From positions 1 through 64,000 of the forward strand of contig JACPCX010000176.1 of the NCBI GenBank assembly GCA_016184305.1: a stretch of DNA of 64,000 bases. Direction: 5' to 3'. Origin of the DNA: Candidatus Rokuibacteriota bacterium (GTDB lineage Bacteria; Methylomirabilota; Methylomirabilia; Rokubacteriales; CSP1-6). The number at the start of each line of letters is the position of its first letter. The first letter of the stretch is position 1. The notes under the pieces are model-generated. The model was not told the origin of the DNA and made no database searches. It was given only the letters and a program-made list of their open reading frames with translations. This document shows positions 46,531 through 56,432 of the stretch, one piece after another. The translations under genes and the position numbers were made by a program.

Positions 46531-48180
46531 ATGCCGGCGAGATCGGGCAGGACCAAGCGGAAGTCCAAGACGCCCAAGCCGAATGGCGGTGGCCACGCGG
46601 ACCTGATCCGCCAGCTCTGGGAAGCCGCCGTCCATCTCCGCGGCTCCATCGAGCCCGCCGACTACAAGCGGTATGTCCTGCCCATCATCTTCCTGCGCTT
46701 CCTCTCCCTCCGGTACGAGCGCCGCCGCCACGAGCTGGAGCGGATGACCCGGGAGCCGCGCTCCGGGTACTACACGAAGAATGCAAAGCAGGCCGCCGCC
46801 ATCCTGGAAGACCCGGACGAGTACCGGTCGGTGGGCGCCTTCATCGTGCCCAAGGCGGCCCGCTGGGAGGAAATCGTCAAGCACGCCCAGGCCGACGACA
46901 TCAAGGTGCGGCTGGACCACGCCCTCGAGGCGCTCGAGAAGGCCTACCCTGACAAGCTCCGGGGCCTCCTGCCGCGGACCTACGCCGGCTCCAACCTGGA
47001 GCGCGAGGGCGTCACCGGGCTCATCAACCTCTTCGCCAAGGACGTGTTCAAGGAAGACCATGGCGGCGAGGACCTCATCGGCAGGGTTTACGAGTACTTC
47101 ATCGGCGAGTTCGCCTCCTCCGAGGGCAAGCGGGGCGGCGAGTACTTCACCCCGGTGAGCATCGTCCGCACCCTGGTGGCCATGCTGGCGCCCGAGGAGG
47201 GCATCGTCCTCGATCCCTGCTGCGGCTCGGGCGGCATGTTCGTCCAGTCTGACCTCTTCACCCGGCACAGCCATCGCCTCTCCTTCGTGGGCCAGGAGTC
47301 CAAGGACTTCACCTACCGGCTCTGCCGGATGAACCTCTTCATCCACGGGCTGGACGGCAATATCCAGCTTGGCAACTCCTTCATCGACGACAGGCACGCG
47401 ACGGTCAAGGCCGACTACGTGCTGGCCAATCCGCCCTTCAACGACGGCTCCAAGAGCGAGAACGGCTGGGGCGCCGACCGCCTCCCCGACACGGACCTCC
47501 GCCTCGTCGTGAGTGGGCAGCGGATGCCGCTCTCCCCACGCAACGCCAACACCATGTGGATCCTCCACTTCCTCCATCACCTCAGGGAAGGCGGCACGGC
47601 GGGCTTCGTGATGGCGACGGGGGAGCTGAGCAACGGCGAGACCGCCCGCCTCGAGGTGCGCAAGGCCCTGGTGGAGCAGGGACACGTGGACTGCATCGTC
47701 CAGCTCACCGGCCAGCTCTTCGCCAACACCCAGATCCCCTGCGCGCTCTGGTTCCTGGCGAAGAATCGGGACGGTCAGGGTGGCTTCCGCCCCCGCCAGG
47801 GCGAGATCCTTTTCATCGACGGCCGCAGGCTCGGCTCGCTCATCCCCGGCTCCCGCAAGCAGAAACAGCTCGCGGACGAGGAGATCCGGCGCATCGCCTC
47901 CGTCTACCGCGCCTACTGCGCCGAGGCCCGCCCTCCGGACGTCCCCGGCTTCTGCCGGGTGGCCCCCCTCGACGAGGTGCGCGGCCACACCTACGCCCTC
48001 GCCCCCGGCCGCTACGTGGGCGCCGAAGACGGCTCCGACGACGACGAGCCCCTCGAGGACAAGCTCCCGCGGCTGGTCAAGCAGCTCGAGGAGCAGTTCG
48101 CGCGGTCGGCGGAGCTGGAGCGTGCCATCCGGCGAAACCTCCAGGCCCTCATCTGCGACGGAGTGGAGCGCCAGGCTTGA
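46531..48180 (+). CDS. hsdM: Type I R-M N6-adenine methyltransferase
   Basis: GEYFTP, DPCCGSGGMF, GQE, ANPPFN, PGRYVG. Confidence 0.95.
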   Translation: MPARSGRTKRKSKTPKPNGGGHADLIRQLWEAAVHLRGSIEPADYKRYVLPIIFLRFLSLRYERRRHELERMTREPRSGYYTKNAKQAAAILEDPDEYRSVGAFIVPKAARWEEIVKHAQADDIKVRLDHALEALEKAYPDKLRGLLPRTYAGSNLEREGVTGLINLFAKDVFKEDHGGEDLIGRVYEYFIGEFASSEGKRGGEYFTPVSIVRTLVAMLAPEEGIVLDPCCGSGGMFVQSDLFTRHSHRLSFVGQESKDFTYRLCRMNLFIHGLDGNIQLGNSFIDDRHATVKADYVLANPPFNDGSKSENGWGADRLPDTDLRLVVSGQRMPLSPRNANTMWILHFLHHLREGGTAGFVMATGELSNGETARLEVRKALVEQGHVDCIVQLTGQLFANTQIPCALWFLAKNRDGQGGFRPRQGEILFIDGRRLGSLIPGSRKQKQLADEEIRRIASVYRAYCAEARPPDVPGFCRVAPLDEVRGHTYALAPGRYVGAEDGSDDDEPLEDKLPRLVKQLEEQFARSAELERAIRRNLQALICDGVERQA

Positions 48181-48238
48181 GATCACGATCCCGTGACCTC
48201 AGAGCGAACTTCGAGGTCGCACACACTGCGGCGGGACG

Positions 48239-49603
48239 GTGATGGACGTGAGCCCATCCCCGCAGTTCTGGCAGGCGACAGCCGTGGAGGCTGAGTGGCC
48301 CACCTTCCCGGTCGAGGAGCTGCAGCGTCGAGGGTGGCTGTTCGTGGAGGATGGCAATCACGGGGAGTCCCGACCCCTGCCCCACGAGTTCGGCTCGGGC
48401 TCCACCGCGTTCATCCGAGCCGCCGACATTGACTACGGTCGCGTCCTCTTCGAGACGGCGGAGTGCATCAACGACACCGCCCTGGCCAGGATCCGCAAGG
48501 GGGTGGGGCGCGGCGGCGACGTCCTCTTCTCTCACAAGGGAACCGTCGGCAAGCTGGCGTTGGTCCCGCTCGATGCCCCCCCGTTCGTCTGTTCCCCGCA
48601 GACGACGTTCTGGCGGACTCTCGACCCGACTCGACTGGACCGTCAGTTCCTCTTCTCGTTCATGCGCTCGAAACCCTTCGCGGACCAGTGGTTCTCTCGC
48701 AAGGGCGAGACCGACATGGCCGACTACGTGAGCCTCACCGCCCAGCGAGGGTGTTCCGTCCCGGTCCCTCCGATCGAGCAGCAGCACGCCATCGGCCGCG
48801 TCCTCGGTGCGCTCGACGACAAGATCGAGCTGAATCGCCAGATGAACCGGACGTTGGAGGCGATGGCCCAGGCGATCTTCAGGTCCTGGTTCGTGGACTG
48901 TGATCCGGTCGCCGCCAAGACCGCCGGCCGCCAGCCCTTCGGCATGGACAGCGAGATTGCGGGCCTCTTCCCTGATCGCGTCCGTGACTCCCACATGGGC
49001 CCGCTCCCGGACGGTTGGATCCCAACGACCATCGCCGGGATCGCCGGCTACGTGAATGGCCGTAACTTCACGGCTGGCGCAACGGGGCGAGGACGGATGG
49101 TCATACGGATCGCCGAGTTGAACTCGGGTCCGGGTCCGTCAACGGTCTACACGGAAGCGGATGCACCACCCGCCCACATCGCCCAACCGGGTGACCTGCT
49201 CTTCGCATGGTCCGGGTCCCTGGGGATCTATCGTTGGTGGCGTGACGATGCATTGATTAACCAACACGTCTTCAAGGTGGTGTGCGAACGATTGCCTCAA
49301 TGGTTCGTCCATTGGCACTTGAGGGAGGCGCTTCCGTTCTTCCAGAGCATTGCAGCCGAGAAGGCAACAACCATGGGGCACATCAAGCGGGAACACCTGG
49401 CCCAGTGGGATCTCGCCATCCCATCACGCGGCATGCTTCAGGCCGCCGACCGCATCCTGGGTCCCCGATACAACCGCATCTTCGAGAACGAAAGAGAGTC
49501 TCTGGTGCTGGCTGATCTCGGGGTGTTGCTCCTGGCTGGACTGCTCTCCGGTGAGATCCGGGTCCGGGAGGCGGAGAAGCTGGTGGTTCAGGCGGGTGCC
49601 TGA
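48239..49603 (+). CDS. hsdS: Type I R-M specificity subunit
   Basis: PPIEQQHAI..LDDKIELNRQMNRTLEAMAQAIFRSWF; two TRDs; LLSGEIRV. Confidence 0.92.
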   Translation: MMDVSPSPQFWQATAVEAEWPTFPVEELQRRGWLFVEDGNHGESRPLPHEFGSGSTAFIRAADIDYGRVLFETAECINDTALARIRKGVGRGGDVLFSHKGTVGKLALVPLDAPPFVCSPQTTFWRTLDPTRLDRQFLFSFMRSKPFADQWFSRKGETDMADYVSLTAQRGCSVPVPPIEQQHAIGRVLGALDDKIELNRQMNRTLEAMAQAIFRSWFVDCDPVAAKTAGRQPFGMDSEIAGLFPDRVRDSHMGPLPDGWIPTTIAGIAGYVNGRNFTAGATGRGRMVIRIAELNSGPGPSTVYTEADAPPAHIAQPGDLLFAWSGSLGIYRWWRDDALINQHVFKVVCERLPQWFVHWHLREALPFFQSIAAEKATTMGHIKREHLAQWDLAIPSRGMLQAADRILGPRYNRIFENERESLVLADLGVLLLAGLLSGEIRVREAEKLVVQAGA

Positions 49604-49705
49604 GATCAGCCGGTTCTGTCGAGGACGCCCCCAACCAGATCGCGCATGACCGCCACGACCGATGTCGGGTTGCACGGGCGCGGGCGGTAGCGTATAGATG
49701 GCGCC

Positions 49706-50215
49706 ATGACACCAGGCGAGCGGGCCCGACTGATAGACCAGTACGCCGCGGGGCCCGCGCGCCTGCGCGCGGCGCTCGCCACGGTCCCCGCGGAGGCGAT
49801 GACATGGCGTCCGGCGCTGGGCGAGTGGTCGGCCCACGAGGTCATCCTCCACTGCGCCGACAGCGAGACGACCTCCTGCGTGCGGCTGCGCTTCCTCCTC
49901 GCCGAGCCCGAGCCCGTGCTGGTCGGGTATGATCAGGAGCGCTGGGCCGTGGCGCTCGACTACCACCGCCTTCCCGTCGAGCCCGCGCTGGCCGCGGTCG
50001 AGGCCGTGCGCGCGAACACAATGCCGCTGCTCCGCCGGCTCCCCGAGGAGGCCTGGCAGCGCGCGGGGCGCCACACCGACTCGGGCGCCTATGGCATGCT
50101 GGACTGGCTGCGGATCTACGCCGAGCACCTCGAGGGCCATAGCCGGCAGATCGAACAGAACCTCGCGGCGTGGCGCTCGCGCGAGCTGGTGCCAGGACCC
50201 TTGCGCCAGACCTGA
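49706..50215 (+). CDS. DinB/YfiT-superfamily protein
   Basis: EWSAHEVILH, YDQERWA, HLEGHSRQI. Confidence 0.85.
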   Translation: MTPGERARLIDQYAAGPARLRAALATVPAEAMTWRPALGEWSAHEVILHCADSETTSCVRLRFLLAEPEPVLVGYDQERWAVALDYHRLPVEPALAAVEAVRANTMPLLRRLPEEAWQRAGRHTDSGAYGMLDWLRIYAEHLEGHSRQIEQNLAAWRSRELVPGPLRQT

Positions 50216-50262
50216 CGCCTAAGGTATAAGGGTCCCACGTCTTCACCCTTCAACGAGGCCCG

Positions 50263-51594
50263 ATGCCACAACGCGCAGGCCGCAGTCCCGAAGAAGACGC
50301 GCTCCTCGAGAAGGCCGCCCGGCTCCTGCCCGGCGGGGTGCTGGGCGGCTACTCCGTCCCGCGTGAACTGTCGTTCATCGTGCGGGAGGGGCGGGGCCCG
50401 CGCCTCTACGACGTCTCCGGACGGGAGTACGTCGACTACATCCTGGGCTCGGGCCCCCTCGTGCTCGGCCACGCGCATCCCGCCGTCATGGCCGCGGTGG
50501 AGCGGCAGCTCAGCCGGGGCACGACCTACTTCCAGCTCAGCGAGCCCACGCTCGAGCTCGCCGAGGAGATCTGCCGCGCCGTGCCCTGCGCCGAGCAGGT
50601 CCGCTTCACCTCCTCGGGCAGCGAGGCCACGTTCTTCGCCCTCCGCATCGCCCGCGCCTTCATGAAGAAGGACAAGATCCTGAAGTTCGAGGGCGGCTTC
50701 CACGGCACTCACGACTACTCGCTGATGAGCGTCGGCCCACGGTCGCCCAAGGCCTTCCCCGCCCCGACGCCCGACTCGGCCGGCATTCCCCACGCCATCC
50801 AGGACAACGTCCTCGTCGCCCCGTTCAACGATCTCGCCGAGACGGAGGCGATCCTCGCCGCCCACCACCAGGATCTGGCCGCGGTGATCATGGAGCCCTT
50901 CCAGCGGCTCATCGCGCCGCAGCGGGAGTTCCTCCGCGGCGTGCGCGAGATCACGCGCCGTCACGGCATCCCCCTCATCTTCGACGAGATCGTCACGGGC
51001 TTCCGTTTCGCCTACGGCGGGGCTCAGGAGTACTACGGCGTGGTCCCCGATCTGGTCGCTCTCGGCAAGATCGTCGGCGGCGGCTTCGCCCTGGCCGCCG
51101 TCGCCGGCCGCCGGGACATCATGCGCCACCTGGCGCCGGACCTCGACGGAACGCCCGAGTTCGTCGCCCAGGCCGGCACGCTGAACGGCAATCCCGTGGC
51201 GGCGGCGGCGGGGCTCGCCACGCTCACGGAGCTGCGGAAGCCCGGGACCTACGCGCGGCTCTTCGCCACGGGGGCCCGGGTCAAGGCCGCGCTGGAAGAG
51301 GCCGCCCGCGCGGTGGGGGTCCCCGCCCAGGTGGCCGGCGAGGCGCCGGTGTTCGAGATCTACTTCACCGACCGGCCCATCACCGACTATCGGGCGACGC
51401 TCACGGCCGACCGGCAGCGCCACGCGGTCTTCACCCGCGCGCTGCTCGAGTGGGGTATCGTCAAGGCGAGCCAGAAGTTTTACGTCTCCCTCGCCCACGG
51501 CGAGGAGGATGTCCGGCAGACCACGGCAGCATTCGCCGCGGCGCTGCACGCCGTGGCCGAACAACGACCCGCCAACAGGAGGACGCCCTCATGA
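50263..51594 (+). CDS. Class III PLP aminotransferase (HemL-like)
   Basis: SGSEA, FEGGFHG, FDEIVTGFR, LGKIVGGG, GTLNGNP. Confidence 0.9.
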   Translation: MPQRAGRSPEEDALLEKAARLLPGGVLGGYSVPRELSFIVREGRGPRLYDVSGREYVDYILGSGPLVLGHAHPAVMAAVERQLSRGTTYFQLSEPTLELAEEICRAVPCAEQVRFTSSGSEATFFALRIARAFMKKDKILKFEGGFHGTHDYSLMSVGPRSPKAFPAPTPDSAGIPHAIQDNVLVAPFNDLAETEAILAAHHQDLAAVIMEPFQRLIAPQREFLRGVREITRRHGIPLIFDEIVTGFRFAYGGAQEYYGVVPDLVALGKIVGGGFALAAVAGRRDIMRHLAPDLDGTPEFVAQAGTLNGNPVAAAAGLATLTELRKPGTYARLFATGARVKAALEEAARAVGVPAQVAGEAPVFEIYFTDRPITDYRATLTADRQRHAVFTRALLEWGIVKASQKFYVSLAHGEEDVRQTTAAFAAALHAVAEQRPANRRTPS

Positions 51595-52901
51595 GCGAGC
51601 GCTGGATGGATGAACCTTGGGCCGAGTCCGAGGAGGTCTGGTATAGCGGCAAGGTCACGCGGCGAACGTTGCTCGGCCTCGGCGCCACCGCGGCGGGCGC
51701 CCTCGGCGCGACCATGCTCGTGCCGGCGCCCTGGCGGCACGCCTTCGGCCAGGCCAAGGCCTACAGGGTCGGGACGCTCCAGCCGCTCTCGGGAGCAGCG
51801 GCGGCCGGGGGCAAGACGGCGCTGGTCGGGGTGGAGATGGCGGTGGACCGCGCCAACAAGTCTGGCGGGATCGGCGGCCGACCTGTCGAGCTGATCGTCG
51901 CCGACTACGAGTCCAAGCCCGACGTCGGCCGGCGCAAGGCCGAGAAGCTCGCCCTCGAGGACAAGATCGACGCCCACGTGGGCGGCTACCTGTCCAACGT
52001 GTGCCTGGCCTGCATGCCGGTGTGGGAGGAGCACAAGATCGTCAACATGATCACGGTGTGCCTCGACACGACCATCACGACCACCAAGTGCAGCCGCTAC
52101 ACCTTCCGGCCCTTCGACTACGCCCCCGCCCAGGCGGTGGCCTTCGCGCCGTACCTGGTGGGGAAGATGGGCAAGAAGTGGCACATCGTCTACGCCGACT
52201 ACGCCTGGGGGCAGTCCACCCGTGACGCCTTCGCCGCGGAGATCAAGAAGAACGGCGGCGAGATGGTCGGCAGCACGGGCATCCCCCTCGGCACGGCCGA
52301 CATGACGCCCTTCCTGTCGAAGATCAGCGGCGGCTTCGACGGGCTCTTCGGCATCTTCTTCGGCGGCCAGGGCATCTCGTTCGTGACCCAGACCTTCGAC
52401 CTCGGCATGTCGAAGAAGTACAAGATCGCCGGCGACGGGGCCATGACGCCCTCGGTGAGCCTCCCTGCCATCGGCACCAAGGGCGACGGCTTCACCGGCA
52501 TCGACCGGTACATTCCGGTGCTGGAGGGGCCGCTCAACACGCCCTCCCACAAGAAGTTCTTCGACGACGCGGTGGCGCGACTCAAGGCCATCGACCCGTC
52601 GGGCCCGCTGCCGGACCGCTTCGTGCAGTCCAACTTCGAGGTCTTCAACTTCCTCAAGCTCGGGATCCAGAAGTCGGGCTTCCGCGGACGCGAGGACACG
52701 ATGAAGCTCATCGCGGCCCTCGAGGGCATGGAGGTCAAGGAGAGCGACGACTTCCCGCAGGGCGACAAGACGCTGCGCAAGGAGGACCACCAGGCCTTCC
52801 TGCGCGAGTTCATCTACGGCCTGAAGAACGTCAAGCACCGGCTGCTGGAGATCGTGCCGAAGGACAAGACCCTCGTCCCGCCGGCCTGCAAGTTCGCGTA
52901 G
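51591..52901 (+). CDS. Liv-type ABC substrate-binding protein with Tat-like signal
   Basis: TRRTLL; PLSG, GGIGGRPVEL, DYAWG; AGGAGG SD; ATGA overlap. Confidence 0.88.
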   Translation: MSERWMDEPWAESEEVWYSGKVTRRTLLGLGATAAGALGATMLVPAPWRHAFGQAKAYRVGTLQPLSGAAAAGGKTALVGVEMAVDRANKSGGIGGRPVELIVADYESKPDVGRRKAEKLALEDKIDAHVGGYLSNVCLACMPVWEEHKIVNMITVCLDTTITTTKCSRYTFRPFDYAPAQAVAFAPYLVGKMGKKWHIVYADYAWGQSTRDAFAAEIKKNGGEMVGSTGIPLGTADMTPFLSKISGGFDGLFGIFFGGQGISFVTQTFDLGMSKKYKIAGDGAMTPSVSLPAIGTKGDGFTGIDRYIPVLEGPLNTPSHKKFFDDAVARLKAIDPSGPLPDRFVQSNFEVFNFLKLGIQKSGFRGREDTMKLIAALEGMEVKESDDFPQGDKTLRKEDHQAFLREFIYGLKNVKHRLLEIVPKDKTLVPPACKFA

Positions 52902-52902
52902 C

Positions 52903-53697
52903 GTGACGGTGGACCAATCCCGATGGGGCTCGCCGGCGGAGCACGGCCGGAGCGCCTCCTCGGGTCCCATTCTGCGCACCGAGGGGCTCACGATGCGGTT
53001 TGGCGGCCTCGCGGCCGTCAACAACGTGAGCCTCTCGGTCCCGCGAGGCGAGATCCGCGCCATCATCGGTCCCAACGGCGCGGGCAAGAGCACCTTCTTC
53101 AACTGCCTGACCGGCGTCCTCCGGCCCACCGGCGGGCGCGTCCTCCTCGACGGCGAGGATGTGACCGGGCTGCCGCCGAACCGGATTTCCCGCAAGGGCA
53201 TCGCCCGCTCGTACCAGCTCACCAACATCATGCCCGGCGCCACCGTGCTCGAGAACGTCCGCATCGCCGCCCAGTCGCGGCAGCATGGCTGGAGCCTGCT
53301 GAGCCACCACCGCGCCTTCGGCGACCTGATCGCCCGGGCGCAGAGCGTGCTGGAGGCGGTGGCGCTCCGCGAGAAGGCGGGCGAGCTGGCGGCCAACCTC
53401 TCGCACGGCGAGCAGCGCAACCTGGAGATCGGCATCGCGCTGGCCACCGAGCCCCGGCTCCTGTGCCTCGACGAGCCGACGGCCGGCATGAGCGTCACCG
53501 AGACCCACGCGACGGTGGAGCTCATCCGCCACATCGCGCGTGACCTGACCATCCTCATCGTGGAGCACGACATGGAGGTGGTGATGGGGCTGGCCCAGAC
53601 CATCACCGTGCTCCACTACGGCGAGGTGCTCGCCGAGGGAACGCCCGCCGAGATCCAGGACAACCCGCGGGTGCAGGAGGTCTACCTCAAGACCTGA
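52903..53697 (+). CDS. Liv-type ABC ATPase (LivG-like)
   Basis: FGGLAAV, GPNGAGKST, LDEPTAG, VEHDM. Confidence 0.92.
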   Translation: MTVDQSRWGSPAEHGRSASSGPILRTEGLTMRFGGLAAVNNVSLSVPRGEIRAIIGPNGAGKSTFFNCLTGVLRPTGGRVLLDGEDVTGLPPNRISRKGIARSYQLTNIMPGATVLENVRIAAQSRQHGWSLLSHHRAFGDLIARAQSVLEAVALREKAGELAANLSHGEQRNLEIGIALATEPRLLCLDEPTAGMSVTETHATVELIRHIARDLTILIVEHDMEVVMGLAQTITVLHYGEVLAEGTPAEIQDNPRVQEVYLKT

Positions 53698-54404
53698 TGC
53701 TGACCCTCACGGAGGTTCACACCTACTACGGCAAGAGCCACATCCTGCTCGGCGTCTCCCTCGAGGTGCAGCCGGGCGAGGTGGTCGGTCTCCTCGGTCG
53801 GAACGGCGTCGGCAAGAGCACCACGCTCAAGACCATCATGGGGCTCGTGCGGCCGTCGGGGGGACACGTGCGCTTCGACGGGCGCGAGATCGCCGGCACG
53901 GCGCCCCACCGCCTCGCTCACGCGGGGCTCGCCTGGGTCCCGGAGGACCGCCGCATCTTCCGCCTCCTCTCGGTCATGGAGAACCTGCGAACGGGGCTCG
54001 ACCGGCCGGGAATGACCGAGGCCAGGCGGCGCGAGCTGCTCGACAAGGTGTACGCCCACTTCCCGGTGCTGGCGGAGCGGCGGAGCCAGGCGGGGGGCAC
54101 GCTGTCCGGCGGTGAGCAGCAGATGCTGGCCATCGCCCGCGCCATGATGCTCGAGCCCAAGATCATCCTCCTCGACGAGCCGACGGAGGGGCTCATGCCG
54201 CGCATGGTCGGCCAGATCCGCGAGATCATCAGGCTGCTCCACCAGGACAGCGTGGCGATCCTGCTGGTCGAGCAGAACGTCCCGCTCACCCTGGACGTCA
54301 GCGATCGCGTCTACATCATGGAGAAGGGTCTGGTCCGCCACCACGCCACGGCCGCCGAGCTGCGGGCCGACCACGCCGTGATCCACCAGTACCTGGGGGT
54401 GTAG
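53697..54404 (+). CDS. Liv-type ABC ATPase (LivF-like)
   Basis: GRNGVGKST, LSGGEQQMLAIAR, VEQN. Confidence 0.92.
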   Translation: MLTLTEVHTYYGKSHILLGVSLEVQPGEVVGLLGRNGVGKSTTLKTIMGLVRPSGGHVRFDGREIAGTAPHRLAHAGLAWVPEDRRIFRLLSVMENLRTGLDRPGMTEARRRELLDKVYAHFPVLAERRSQAGGTLSGGEQQMLAIARAMMLEPKIILLDEPTEGLMPRMVGQIREIIRLLHQDSVAILLVEQNVPLTLDVSDRVYIMEKGLVRHHATAAELRADHAVIHQYLGV

Positions 54405-54406
54405 GC

Positions 54407-55279
54407 GTGAGCATTCCCCTCGACCAGATCCTCATCCAGACGGTCAACGGGCTCGTCAACGGGATGATCCTCGCGCTCGTCGCCTCAGGGCTGACGCTCA
54501 TCTTCGGGATCATGGACGTGGTCAACTTCGCCCACGGAGACCTCGTGATGCTCGGCGGATTCACGGGCGCGGTGACCATCGCGGCCACGGGAAATTTCTG
54601 GCTCGCCCTCCTCGTCGCCGTGCTCATCATCGCGGTGTTCGGCGCCGTGCTCCAGGCGACGACGCTGCGCCCGCTGCTGGGCCGCGATCCCCTCACCACC
54701 ATCCTCGCCACCTTCGGCATCTCGCTCGTGCTCCAGAAGTACGCGCTCTGGCAGTGGGGACCGTCGGCGCGCAGGATCCAGGAGCCCCTCACCGGCCAGT
54801 TCCAGCTCTTCTACCTGCAGTACCCGTGGTACCGGGTGCTCACCGCCGTCCTCTCGGCGGCGATCATCGGCGGCTTCTGGCTCTTCCTCAGGCATGGCAA
54901 GTACGGCATCTGGATCCGCGCCACCATGCAGGACCGCATCATGGCCTCGGCCATGGGCATCCCGGTGCCGTGGGTCCACACCGGCGTCTTCGCCATCGGC
55001 GCCGGCATGGCCGCCGCCAGCGGGGTGCTCTTCGGCCCGCTCGGCGGAGTCACGCAGAACATGGGGCTGGACTTCACGCTGCGGGCCTTCATCGTGGTGG
55101 TGGTGGGCGGGATGGGCAATCTCGGCGGCTCCATCTTCGCCGCGATCTTCATCAGCCTGCTCGAGGCCTACGCCTCCCTGGTCGTGAGCCCGGCCCAGGC
55201 GGTGATCGTCTCCTTCGTGGCCCTGATCCTCACGCTCCTGTTCCGGCCCACGGGCCTCTTCGTCCCGACGCCGAAGTGA
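54407..55279 (+). CDS. Liv-type ABC permease (LivH-like)
   Basis: GLTLIFG..VVNFAHG, VVVGGMG, FRPTGL. Confidence 0.92.
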   Translation: MSIPLDQILIQTVNGLVNGMILALVASGLTLIFGIMDVVNFAHGDLVMLGGFTGAVTIAATGNFWLALLVAVLIIAVFGAVLQATTLRPLLGRDPLTTILATFGISLVLQKYALWQWGPSARRIQEPLTGQFQLFYLQYPWYRVLTAVLSAAIIGGFWLFLRHGKYGIWIRATMQDRIMASAMGIPVPWVHTGVFAIGAGMAAASGVLFGPLGGVTQNMGLDFTLRAFIVVVVGGMGNLGGSIFAAIFISLLEAYASLVVSPAQAVIVSFVALILTLLFRPTGLFVPTPK

Positions 55280-55346
55280 GGACCCCGAAGTGAGGCCCCC
55301 GAAGTGAGGACCCCGAAGTGAGGACCCCGAAGTGAAGACCCAATGA
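55271..55346 (+). repeat. Tandem 14-bp repeat (CCGAAGTGAGGACC, ~5 copies)
   Basis: GTGA at 55276, 55290, 55304, 55318, 55332. Confidence 0.95.
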
Positions 55347-56299
55347 TCGCCCGCCGTTCGCCCGCCGCCTACTGGACCGGCTTCGCCGTCGTGCTGGCCC
55401 TGCTGGCCATCGCCCCTCTCGTGTTGCCTGAGTTCTGGCGACGCTTCGTCACCGAGATCCTGATCTGGGGCCTGCTGGCCATGTCCTCGGACATCCTGAT
55501 CGGCTACACGGGCATGATCTCCTTCGGCCACTCGGTCTTCTTCGGGCTGGGCATATACGGGGCGGCCGCCGCCCTCCTTTCCGTCACGCCACCCAACCTG
55601 TGGCTGGCGCTCCTCTACGGGCTGACGGCTGCCGGTACGGCCGCCGTCTTCGTGGCCTACTTCTCCACGCGGCTGCGCGACATCTACTTCGCCATCACGA
55701 CGCTCGTCTTCTCCCAGATCTTCTACGTCATCATCTTCACGTGGACCGCGGTCACGGGCGGCGAGAATGGGCTGACCTTCGCCCAGCCGTCGCTCTCTCT
55801 CCCCGGCCTCGGGGCGGCGCGCTTCACCCCGGAGACCCTTCACTGGTTCGTGCTCGGGGTCGTGACCCTCTCGTACCTGCTCCTCAGGCGCATCACCCAG
55901 TCGCCGTTCGGGATGGTGCTGCAGTCCATCCGCGAGAACGAGCCGCGGACCCGGGCCATCGGCTACGCCGTGGAGCGCTACAAGATCGTGGCGGTCATGC
56001 TCTCGGGGCTCTTCGCGGGCCTGGCTGGCGTCCTCTATGCGGTCCAGAACAAGTTCGCGGCGCCCGACTTCGTCTTCTTCCTCGTCTCGGGCGAGGTCGT
56101 GATCTTCAACGTCATGGGCGGCATGGGCACGCTGGTGGGGCCGGTGGCGGGCGCGGCCTTCTTCCTGCTGCTGCGCGAGGGCATCTCCCGCTACTGGACC
56201 GAGTACTACCTCATCCCCGTGGGCATCATTTTCACCGCGATGGTGATCTTCATGCCCCAGGGCCTCCTCGGCTTCGCCAGGCGCCGGCTGAACGAGTAG
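55343..56299 (+). CDS. Liv-type ABC permease (LivM-like)
   Basis: GYTGMISFGH, TGGENG, SPFG..IRENE, PQGLLG. Confidence 0.92.
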   Translation: MIARRSPAAYWTGFAVVLALLAIAPLVLPEFWRRFVTEILIWGLLAMSSDILIGYTGMISFGHSVFFGLGIYGAAAALLSVTPPNLWLALLYGLTAAGTAAVFVAYFSTRLRDIYFAITTLVFSQIFYVIIFTWTAVTGGENGLTFAQPSLSLPGLGAARFTPETLHWFVLGVVTLSYLLLRRITQSPFGMVLQSIRENEPRTRAIGYAVERYKIVAVMLSGLFAGLAGVLYAVQNKFAAPDFVFFLVSGEVVIFNVMGGMGTLVGPVAGAAFFLLLREGISRYWTEYYLIPVGIIFTAMVIFMPQGLLGFARRRLNE

Positions 56300-56321
56300 C
56301 GCCGGGCCGACTCGCTTTGCC

Positions 56322-56343
56322 CTGGCTCGCTCACCCTCGCCCG
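56322..56343. repeat. Free-standing fragment of the GGCTCGCTCAC(G/C)CTCGCCCG module
   Basis: Matches 5702-5722 and the reverse complements of ~18996-19016 and ~42088-42108. Confidence 0.7.
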
Positions 56344-56432
56344 AGTCCGGATATTCACGAGCAGGCCTCACCCCGAGGGTGTATCACTTCCGAGGCGTTG
56401 ACCCCTCCCGGTGCGCGCCCGACACTGACCCC

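Noticed and set aside
45807..49700. Prophage or integrative element around the TA/R-M islet
   Set aside because: No integrase, tRNA target or flanking direct repeats were seen.
50263..51594. Calling the aminotransferase hemL
   Set aside because: Coupled to an ABC importer rather than heme genes; more likely a catabolic paralog.
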